DNA of 64,000 bases from a virus (taxonomy: Duplodnaviria > Caudoviricetes): IMG/VR virus record IMGVR_UViG_3300044658_000017, positions 1-64,000 of that record; one strand, given 5' to 3'. Every line of letters starts with the position of its first letter. Position 1 is the first letter of the stretch. Of the stretch, positions 7,985 to 16,108 are shown in pieces. A model generated the notes under the pieces. The model ran no database searches and was not told the DNA's origin. It saw only the letters and a list, made by a program, of their open reading frames with translations. The position numbers and the translations under genes are program-made.

Positions 7985-10855
7985 ATGGATGTAAATGAAA
8001 TGCTCTTATGCATGAAGCTGGATATATGCAAATTGCAGGAAGAGCTTGATGGAATTATTTCTTCAGGTACTGGTTGGAACTTATTAGGTAATCAGGCAAC
8101 TGTAAATAACTTCCTCGGTACTACTAATGCTATCGACTTCGTTCTAAAGACCAATAATATTGAAAGGTTAAGAGTAACATCAGGAGGGTTAATTGGTATA
8201 GGAACCAATAGCCCTTCTGCTGCTTTAGATATTGCAGGTCAACTTAGAATAAGAGGTGGTAGTCCGGGAGTCAACAAAGTATTAACTAGTGATGCTAATG
8301 GATTAGCAACATGGCAAGCTATTACTATACCTTCAGTGACTGCTGATAATGGTCTTGAAGTAAGTAATGGAACAATAGTGCTTGGTCAAAATGTAAGTGA
8401 AGCTAATGACCCTGCTAAATTATTATCTGATCGAGAGATACCGATGAATGGTTATGGTATTTACTTTAAAGGTTCCGGTATGACTGTTCAGGTATCAAGT
8501 ACAGGTGCTATATCTTCTACTAATTCCCACTCTGACCCATTAGGATTTGGAGGTAATGTTGCTGGTGTACTTACTGGTTTAAGAGTTACAAATAGTAGTA
8601 CTAATGTTCTTGGTGGTGCTTCTGTTACATTACAGAACTCGATGCTGGATGGTGGTCAATTGTATATGGGTGGTACTGGTAATTCTACAGTACCAAGAAC
8701 TTTAATGGTAAGGAATAATAGTGGAACTGGTGGTATATTAATCTCAGCAGATGCTGGTGATATATTGTTTAGTCAGACTAGCAGTATATTAGCCAGTAGT
8801 GCTTCTTTGCAGTACGGAAGGTTTGTATTTGCAACTAAGAATTTTATATTAGGTACAAATACTGATGGAGATTCAAAACTCTATATAGTAAACAGTGTTT
8901 TAGGAGCCAACTCATCCTCTAGTTTCTATGCAAATACTACATGGAATACTACTGGTACTCCCACAGGATTGAAACTAAATATAACTGATACTGCATCTAA
9001 TGCAGCTTCTTTATTGATGGATATTCAGTTAAGTGGAGCATCTAAGTTTAAAATAGGTAAAACTCTTGTCGATATTGCAAATCAAATTGCAATACGAGGA
9101 GGTTCACCAGCAGCAGGAAGAGTATTAACTTCTGATGTTAATGGAGTTGCTTCATGGCAAGACCCATCAGGTACTCTTACTACTGCTAATAAAGGATTAT
9201 CAGTCAATGGAAGTGCTGTTCAATTAGGTCAAACTCTTAATGCTGCTGGTAATCCTGCCCTGATAAGTGAGAATAGAGAAATACCTATGGCTACTGGTAC
9301 AGGAGCTATAGTGTTTACTATGCCGGGACAGCCTCAGGTATCACAAACATTTACTGGATTTTCACATAGCTTACAAGGAACTTCTACAGTACCTCCATTA
9401 CTACAAATGTTGATTAGTGATAAGGCAAAACTATTAACATTACAGTGGAATGATACTGCTTCAGGATTTGCTTTTAATGCTGCTGATAGAATAATCTTTG
9501 GTAATAATGTAGGTATAGGTACAGGAAATACTGTAACTTCTGCATTACTTCAATTAGGTGGTGGAAATGGAAGTCCCGGAACAGGAGCAATTAAATTCAC
9601 TCCTACAACTTTACTTGTCACTCCTGAAAATTATGTACTTGAAGTAGGTACTGATGGTCATTTATATTATACTCAGAGTACCGGAACAAGAGTCATGCTT
9701 GATAATGCTACAGTAGCTGGTATTGATTCAGTACTTGCAGTAGGACAGGGATTACAGGCAGCAAGAAGAATAAATATAAATGGTCAGAGCTTTGCTATTG
9801 GTCGAGGTAATGTGTCAGGACAAACTGAAACTTTTTATGTAGATTCTGGTGCCACTATAATAGGTGATGCTAATGGAGATATTAATGGTATGTCTGTTCA
9901 GGTATATCACTCTCTTCCTCATCCTCCGGGTGTAAGACAAATTATAATGGGTGATACAGGAGGAGTTGGAAATGGCTTTACTTTTATAATAGATGATGAT
10001 GCAGGAACTCTACAGATATATGGAGGGTCAGAAGTTAAACCTGTTTTCCAAGCTAGTGTACTTACTAATAGAGTAGCTGTTAATAACAATAATCCTGAAT
10101 ATTCTTTTGATGTAACTGGTCGTATTGCTACAAGAGGTGGAGGGCCAGAAGGAAGTGGTGGATTTATATGGATAGATAATACTACCAATGTAAAAACATG
10201 GAGTCAGTTTAGTGATAACTCTGACCTTCACTGGTATTATGATGATGGTAGTACCGATACTGAACAATTTAATTTCACCAATACTGGTGACTTTAATATG
10301 ATAAAGTATGGTGCTGGTACTAAAGGTGGTACTGCTGCATACTATTTAGGTGTAACTAGTGCAGGTAAAGTAATCGAAACACCTATACCCTCTGGTGGAA
10401 CTCCGGGTATTGATACTGTATTAGGAGTTGGTCAGGCACTTACTGCAAATAGAAATATAAGTGCAGCAGGGTTTTCTATTGGAATAGGGACTCTTGCAAG
10501 CAAGGCAAGCACTATAACTATAGCCTCAACAAGTGGAATTAATAGTTATGGTATAAGAACTGAAGGGGTTACTGTAAGTTCTGATGCTGACTTAGTAATT
10601 GATAACAGTTCTTCTATAATAGAGTTATATGCTAATTTGACTGCTGATAGAACTATAACTTTACCAGCAGCCTCTATTAATGGTAAAATTCTTACTATTA
10701 TATGTAGAGGAAATGCAGGTAGTTTTCATTATAATTTCTCAGCAGCAGTTACTGATATAACTACTGGAACAGGAGTTACTCAACTGGATTGGGGACATAC
10801 ATATGATTTATATGTGAACAGTTCTCTATCATGGATGATTATTCGTAAGTATTAG
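7985..10855 (+). CDS. Tail fibre / spike-like protein, 956 aa
   Basis: FLGTTNAIDFVLKTNNIERLRVTSGGLIGIGTNSPSAALDI and two IRGGSP..VLTSD.NG.A.WQ repeats, typical of Bacteroidota fibre proteins. Confidence 0.7.
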   Translation: MDVNEMLLCMKLDICKLQEELDGIISSGTGWNLLGNQATVNNFLGTTNAIDFVLKTNNIERLRVTSGGLIGIGTNSPSAALDIAGQLRIRGGSPGVNKVLTSDANGLATWQAITIPSVTADNGLEVSNGTIVLGQNVSEANDPAKLLSDREIPMNGYGIYFKGSGMTVQVSSTGAISSTNSHSDPLGFGGNVAGVLTGLRVTNSSTNVLGGASVTLQNSMLDGGQLYMGGTGNSTVPRTLMVRNNSGTGGILISADAGDILFSQTSSILASSASLQYGRFVFATKNFILGTNTDGDSKLYIVNSVLGANSSSSFYANTTWNTTGTPTGLKLNITDTASNAASLLMDIQLSGASKFKIGKTLVDIANQIAIRGGSPAAGRVLTSDVNGVASWQDPSGTLTTANKGLSVNGSAVQLGQTLNAAGNPALISENREIPMATGTGAIVFTMPGQPQVSQTFTGFSHSLQGTSTVPPLLQMLISDKAKLLTLQWNDTASGFAFNAADRIIFGNNVGIGTGNTVTSALLQLGGGNGSPGTGAIKFTPTTLLVTPENYVLEVGTDGHLYYTQSTGTRVMLDNATVAGIDSVLAVGQGLQAARRININGQSFAIGRGNVSGQTETFYVDSGATIIGDANGDINGMSVQVYHSLPHPPGVRQIIMGDTGGVGNGFTFIIDDDAGTLQIYGGSEVKPVFQASVLTNRVAVNNNNPEYSFDVTGRIATRGGGPEGSGGFIWIDNTTNVKTWSQFSDNSDLHWYYDDGSTDTEQFNFTNTGDFNMIKYGAGTKGGTAAYYLGVTSAGKVIETPIPSGGTPGIDTVLGVGQALTANRNISAAGFSIGIGTLASKASTITIASTSGINSYGIRTEGVTVSSDADLVIDNSSSIIELYANLTADRTITLPAASINGKILTIICRGNAGSFHYNFSAAVTDITTGTGVTQLDWGHTYDLYVNSSLSWMIIRKY

Positions 10856-10874
10856 TTAACAAACAAAACAATAT

Positions 10875-11846
10875 ATGAAACTTAGACTTTTATTAGGATT
10901 TTTATTTGCTACTTTAGTTGTAAAAGCTCAGGATACTATTACAGAATCTAAAAACTATAGACCCGGTATACTTCAAAATTTTGAAGATACTACTGAATTA
11001 GATCATGTAAATGGTGCAGTATTTTATACATTAAAAGATAGTTCTTTGGTGTACTCTACTAAATCATCTTTTCAAAATATCACTGTTCAGTTAAGGGAAA
11101 TCAATTCTCAATCTAAAAATTATTTACCTATAACTGGTGGTAATATTACAGGTAGAACTAACGTTCTAATTAATACAGATGGTTATAGACTTGGAATAAT
11201 GAAAAGTATAGCTACTTCACAATCTGGAAACACTACATTAGGTGCTCCTTCTACATATCTTCAACTAGGTGGTGGGGAATGGAATGTTAATAGTTATAGA
11301 ATGATAGGGTTTGGTTATCTAAGTAATCTTACTGATAATCCACCTGCTCAATTAGGTTATCAGGAAACTGTAAAGAGTGGTAGTACATATGGAGATTTAG
11401 TATTTGCTACAAGAAATGCAACAAGTAATACTGCACCAACTATAAGATTTAGAATTACAGCAGCAGGAAATGTAAAATCTTATGGGCCAGTTACAGCACC
11501 TGAAGATGTAGCTACTAAAGGTTATGTAGATACAGCTTATATACCAACTAAGGTAATTACATTTACTGGTACTTATAGTTTAAATGGTACTCCATCAAAT
11601 ACTTTTATAGCTAACAACTGTAGTGCAGATAATACTATAACCCTACCTACTGCAAAGAATGGTATTACTTATACTATATGGAAAATAGGCCCAAAGATAA
11701 TGACTTTAGCTGGTGCTATATCTGATGCAGGAAAAAATGGAAGTAAAGTAACCTCTGGAAGTGAAGCAGGTTCAAGTATAACAGTAGTTTGTATGAATAA
11801 TATTTGGGTTATAACAGCTAAAAATGGTACTTGGACAACTGAATAA
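10875..11846 (+). CDS. Fibre-like protein with an N-terminal Sec signal peptide
   Basis: MKLRLLLGFLFATLVVKA|Q signal; GDLVFATRN..RFRITAAGNV and DVATKGYVD fibre motifs. Confidence 0.65.
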   Translation: MKLRLLLGFLFATLVVKAQDTITESKNYRPGILQNFEDTTELDHVNGAVFYTLKDSSLVYSTKSSFQNITVQLREINSQSKNYLPITGGNITGRTNVLINTDGYRLGIMKSIATSQSGNTTLGAPSTYLQLGGGEWNVNSYRMIGFGYLSNLTDNPPAQLGYQETVKSGSTYGDLVFATRNATSNTAPTIRFRITAAGNVKSYGPVTAPEDVATKGYVDTAYIPTKVITFTGTYSLNGTPSNTFIANNCSADNTITLPTAKNGITYTIWKIGPKIMTLAGAISDAGKNGSKVTSGSEAGSSITVVCMNNIWVITAKNGTWTTE

Positions 11847-11876
11847 CTACATTAATAACAATTAAAATAATAACCC

Positions 11877-12173
11877 ATGAGTGGAACTAATAATTATTAT
11901 GTTGATGCTTATCCTGATTCTAAAGGTTCAGTGTATTTAATGAATCAGAGATTAAGAACAGTAGAAAAAGCAGCCCTTCCTTTGCAGAATACTGAAACTA
12001 TTGCAACTCTTGCAACAATTACTTCTGCATATTTAAATACTAAGTACCCTACTTTACCTATAGGTGCCGAAGTATTATTTTTAAATGTTACAGATCAGGC
12101 TGGTGCTTATATCTTAGTTAAAAGAATAACGGCTACTATATGGGCAAGTTTCAAACCCCTTAATCCACTATAA
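11877..12173 (+). CDS. Hypothetical (possible structural) protein, 98 aa
   Basis: ORF track; A-rich leader; followed by a hairpin. Confidence 0.7.
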   Translation: MSGTNNYYVDAYPDSKGSVYLMNQRLRTVEKAALPLQNTETIATLATITSAYLNTKYPTLPIGAEVLFLNVTDQAGAYILVKRITATIWASFKPLNPL

Positions 12174-12198
12174 ATAGTGGATACTCTTTGAGAAATAT

Positions 12199-12242
12199 AA
12201 ATATAAAGCATCTTGTTTTATCAATAAGATGCTTTATATTTG
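12199..12242 (+). promoter_or_regulatory. Long hairpin overlapping a -7 promoter element (TATATTTG, 12235-12242)
   Basis: AAATATAAAGCATCTT (12199-12214) pairs with AAGATGCTTTATATTT (12226-12241). Confidence 0.65.
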
Positions 12243-12261
12243 TTCAGATAAAACTTAACAG

Positions 12262-12813
12262 ATGGACTTATTTGTAGTGGATAATGGTAGAGCTTTTCCT
12301 TCAACTCATGCATTATTAATAGAACCTTTTAAAAGTATTTGGCATAATGATGAAAGCAAGGAAAAAGCTGAAGCTATTAGAGCATTAACATTTATAGAAC
12401 TTTGTTGCTCTCCGAAAAAGAGTAATCCTTACTTTGGTTATGATACTGATCAAAGATATGTTAAGCTCAAAGAAGAACTCTATGGAGATAGGTCATATAT
12501 GCTTCCCGGCTTAGTGATTGATGGAATAGAAAAGTATGAGAAACTCCTAGAAAATGCTTCACCCACTTATTCAATACTTAAGTCTGCCTTATCTGCTGCT
12601 GATCAATTAAAATCCTATCTAAATAATATTGATCTTGGTGCAAGAACAAACTCTGGTTCGGCAGTATATAAACCAAAAGATGTAACTTCTGCTCTTAAAG
12701 ACCTACCAGATGTAGCAAAGAATGTAGAAATACTTAGGTCAAGAGTACAGCAAGAATTAATCGAGGAAGGTAAAACTCGTAATAATCGAGAGGTTGGTTA
12801 CTTTGAAGAATAA
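12262..12813 (+). CDS. Conserved crAss-like protein upstream of TerL, putative terminase small subunit
   Basis: Position, size and helical C-terminus (..KPKDVTSALKDLPDVAKNVEILRSRVQQE..); TerS role is inferred. Confidence 0.45.
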   Translation: MDLFVVDNGRAFPSTHALLIEPFKSIWHNDESKEKAEAIRALTFIELCCSPKKSNPYFGYDTDQRYVKLKEELYGDRSYMLPGLVIDGIEKYEKLLENASPTYSILKSALSAADQLKSYLNNIDLGARTNSGSAVYKPKDVTSALKDLPDVAKNVEILRSRVQQELIEEGKTRNNREVGYFEE

Positions 12814-12816
12814 ATT

Positions 12817-13002
12817 ATGCAACAGAATTTCCCAAAGAAAGGTGTATTAGATCAGCTTAATAAACCTCAGAAGGTTATGCTAGATTTTACTTACAGAAAT
12901 ATATACAGAGAAATATATAAAGTTTTCTACGGCTCTTATCCTTCAGATGAAGAAGTAGATGAAGCTGTTAGAAAATACGAAGAGACAAAACTTACAGATT
13001 AA
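12817..13002 (+). CDS. Hypothetical protein, 61 aa
   Basis: ORF track; tightly packed in the operon. Confidence 0.6.
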   Translation: MQQNFPKKGVLDQLNKPQKVMLDFTYRNIYREIYKVFYGSYPSDEEVDEAVRKYEETKLTD

Positions 13003-13004
13003 TT

Positions 13005-13701
13005 AAGAATAAAACTTACAGTTATGTCAAACAAGTTCTTTAAAAAGGAAGATTGGGATGCCCTAATAATTAGTTTTAAACTATGGTTAGCTGGAATCCT
13101 CTTCAAGTTTCAAAAGAAGAGAAAAATTGATTTGCCGGCATCACCAAAAGACCTACCAACTACCAGTAATTCCGATACTGGTATCATTCTGGCTGATAAA
13201 GCTCTGGCTCAGGAAGTTAAAGAGCAACAATGGTTTGCTACGAAGAACAACTTAATGGATGGTCATTGGGAAGGGCCAGAAGTATATAATGTTGGAGAAG
13301 TCATTGATAGAAGAAGTGCTCTTAAAGCTGCTCATGCAGAAGAGGAAGTTTTTTCTGATGATGTTGAAATGGTTCAAGGTTTACTCAAAGCCCCTGACTA
13401 TACAGTAGCTAATGATGGTAAAGTTAACTTTAAAGACTTCATTAAACCCAAATTCTACTTTAAGAAACCTGAAGAGTGTACAAAAGAAGAACTAATAGAG
13501 TTCATAAAAAGTAGTAATGTACCATTCGATAGAGGAAGAGAGTTTGATAGATATGGTAAATTTAAGACCAGTAATGGATGGTCAAGATGGGAGTGGTACG
13601 AATCAATGTTTACTAATGCAACATTTGATACATTATATAACCTTTATCTTAAGCTAAACGTAACAGATTTTCAGATAAGAATAGAAGAATAAAACTTACA
13701 G
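13005..13701 (+). repeat. 17-bp direct repeat AAGAATAAAACTTACAG (13005-13021, 13685-13701); partial copy AAAACTTACAG at 12987
   Basis: Read directly; each full copy lies just before a start codon. Confidence 0.8.
13024..13692 (+). CDS. Hypothetical accessory protein, 222 aa
   Basis: ORF track; flanked by a 17-bp direct repeat. Confidence 0.75.
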   Translation: MSNKFFKKEDWDALIISFKLWLAGILFKFQKKRKIDLPASPKDLPTTSNSDTGIILADKALAQEVKEQQWFATKNNLMDGHWEGPEVYNVGEVIDRRSALKAAHAEEEVFSDDVEMVQGLLKAPDYTVANDGKVNFKDFIKPKFYFKKPEECTKEELIEFIKSSNVPFDRGREFDRYGKFKTSNGWSRWEWYESMFTNATFDTLYNLYLKLNVTDFQIRIEE

Positions 13702-13704
13702 ATT

Positions 13705-13944
13705 ATGCCAACAATAACAAATATGAGAAGGGTAATAGTGGTGAAAGATACAGAGGATAGCTTGTATATTATACCTATTGAACTTAAAGATAAGTTCTTT
13801 GAATTTGTAAATAAGAAAGTTGTGGATTCAACAGAGTTGAATGCCTTCTATGAAGAGTTTGGAGATTACAGAACCAACGATGATTTAAACACAACTGATT
13901 TGTACGTTAAGAACTCAGGAATTTATAGCACAAGAGGTAAATAA
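13705..13944 (+). CDS. Hypothetical protein, 79 aa
   Basis: ORF track. Confidence 0.65.
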   Translation: MPTITNMRRVIVVKDTEDSLYIIPIELKDKFFEFVNKKVVDSTELNAFYEEFGDYRTNDDLNTTDLYVKNSGIYSTRGK

Positions 13945-13968
13945 TTTTTGGTTAAGCCTGATTTGTAG

Positions 13969-16071
13969 ATGAGCATTACAGCACATAATGATTATGTCCG
14001 TAACCCTGAAGGTATATGGGTTAATACAAAACCATTTGTACAGGAAGGATTAAACTTCCTAAAGAATGGTTACTACTGTCCTGACCCTAAAGGTTCTCCG
14101 GCATACTTAGAGTATTGGGGAACACAACTTGAGAGGTGTGTTAACGGTTATAGTAGTGGTGGTGTCAGGATAACTGGCCACCACTATTTTTATTTAAACT
14201 TCTGTAAGATTGATGTAGTACAGGAAATATCAGGTAAAGTAGCAAAGAAGATAAGTAAGTTCCCTGATTTTTGGGATGGTGACTACAACTTCTTTTGGTG
14301 TAAACATATTGCCAGATATGGAGCAACAGAAGAAGAATATAAGAACTTAGGTCTTCATGTTTCTATACCAATAGCATATCTTGGTGGTGGTTATCACATG
14401 ATAGTAGGTAAGAGTAGACGTAAAGGTTATTCCTTTAAGAATGCTGCTATATGTGCAAATAACTATAATACTATAAGAGATAGTACATCATTAATAGGTG
14501 CTTATGATAGTAAGTACTTATATCCTGAAGGTACAATGGGTATGGCTTCTAGTTATCTTTCATTCCTGAATGATAACACAGCATGGAAGAAGGCAAGAGA
14601 GTATGTAGATAAACAGGAACATAAAAGAGCTTCATTTAAGAAAATGAAGGATGGAGTACCAGTAGAAGCTGGTTATCTTTCTCAGATCATGGCTATCTCA
14701 TTTAAGGATAACCCCGATGCTGCCCGTGGTAAAGACCCTATGGATGTTCTCTTCGAGGAAGCTGGTAAATTCCCTAATCTGATTGACTCTTATATGGCTA
14801 CTTACCCCGGTTTAACTGCTGGTAAGTATATCACAGGTCAGATTATGATTTTTGGTACTGGTGGTGATATGGAAGACGGTACAAAGGAATTTGCTCAGAT
14901 GTTCTATAATCCAATGGAGTACAGATTACTTCCATTTGTGAATATATGGGATAAAGAATCTACTAACTCATCATGTGGTTTCTTTCATCCTGTAACATGG
15001 AACATGGAAGGTTACTATGATAATAATGGTAACAGTGATATAGAAGGAGCTACTGCTGAAGAAGAACAAATGAGAGAAGAGATTAGAAAGAATAGCAGTA
15101 CTTCAAAGACTTTACAACAAAGACAACAAGAGTATCCTTTCAGTCCTTCAGAAGCATTTTTATTAGTAAGTCTTAATGACTTTCCTACTATAGAACTTAG
15201 GAATAGACTTAATATGATTCTCAGAGAAAACCTTCATCTAAAGAAGGGACAACCTGTAGAGTTATATAGATGCCCAATAAGAAAGAAAGTAGTTGCTGAC
15301 CCTATACTTGATATAACTAAATGTGACCCTATATGGAGGAGAGAGCATACAGGTAAAGACTTTAGTGGAGTACCTATAATATATGAATATCCAACAGGTA
15401 TACCACCTAAAGGTGCATACAAGATAGGCTTTGACCCATATAGACAAGCACAGGCACATGAAAGTCCTTCATTAGCATCAATATATGTCTATAAAACAGT
15501 AATAAAAGGACATACTACTAAGAATATAATAGTAGCTCAATATGTAGGTAGACCATATGACCCTGATGATGTAAACAAGATTGCTGAACTCTTTGCTGAG
15601 TTATACAATGCAGAGATCATGTATGAGAATGAAGTAACTCACGTTAAGAGTTACTTTGAAAAGAAGAAGAAATTACATTTATTAGCAGTTCAACCTGATG
15701 CAGTAATCTCTGCAAACATCAATAAATCTACTGTAGCCCGTGTATATGGTATACACATGGTAGAAAAACTTAAGGATGCCGGTGAAAAGTATATCAAAAA
15801 ATGGCTCCTCGAAGTAGTAGATTATGATGAAGATGGTCATCCTATAACTAATATAGACCTTATTTATGACCCCGGCCTACTTGAAGAGTTGATTTTATAC
15901 AATAGAAAAGGAAACTTTGACCGAGTAATGTCATTTATGATGCTAATGTTTCAACTTGAAGAGGACGGGTTAGAAAAAGAATATAATGACGATAAAAAGA
16001 ATCAAAACGTCGAAGATTTGTTAGCTTTGATGAACAACCAGTTCCAAAATAGGAACTCACAGTGGAATTAG
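13969..16071 (+). CDS. terL: Terminase large subunit
   Basis: ITGHHYFYLNF, Walker A-like GKSRRKGYS, Walker B VLFEEAG, IFGTGG coupling motif, nuclease IGFDPY and C-terminal NFDRVMS; crAss-type TerL. Confidence 0.95.
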   Translation: MSITAHNDYVRNPEGIWVNTKPFVQEGLNFLKNGYYCPDPKGSPAYLEYWGTQLERCVNGYSSGGVRITGHHYFYLNFCKIDVVQEISGKVAKKISKFPDFWDGDYNFFWCKHIARYGATEEEYKNLGLHVSIPIAYLGGGYHMIVGKSRRKGYSFKNAAICANNYNTIRDSTSLIGAYDSKYLYPEGTMGMASSYLSFLNDNTAWKKAREYVDKQEHKRASFKKMKDGVPVEAGYLSQIMAISFKDNPDAARGKDPMDVLFEEAGKFPNLIDSYMATYPGLTAGKYITGQIMIFGTGGDMEDGTKEFAQMFYNPMEYRLLPFVNIWDKESTNSSCGFFHPVTWNMEGYYDNNGNSDIEGATAEEEQMREEIRKNSSTSKTLQQRQQEYPFSPSEAFLLVSLNDFPTIELRNRLNMILRENLHLKKGQPVELYRCPIRKKVVADPILDITKCDPIWRREHTGKDFSGVPIIYEYPTGIPPKGAYKIGFDPYRQAQAHESPSLASIYVYKTVIKGHTTKNIIVAQYVGRPYDPDDVNKIAELFAELYNAEIMYENEVTHVKSYFEKKKKLHLLAVQPDAVISANINKSTVARVYGIHMVEKLKDAGEKYIKKWLLEVVDYDEDGHPITNIDLIYDPGLLEELILYNRKGNFDRVMSFMMLMFQLEEDGLEKEYNDDKKNQNVEDLLALMNNQFQNRNSQWN

Positions 16072-16108
16072 TTTAGATACCCTTTGTAAAAATAATACGG
16101 CCTGATTT

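Noticed and set aside
13969-16071. Intein or group I intron in TerL, MCP or vRNAP
   Set aside because: TerL (700 aa) and MCP (483 aa) have ordinary lengths and continuous motifs; no C/S...HN splice junctions or LAGLIDADG/HNH motifs noticed
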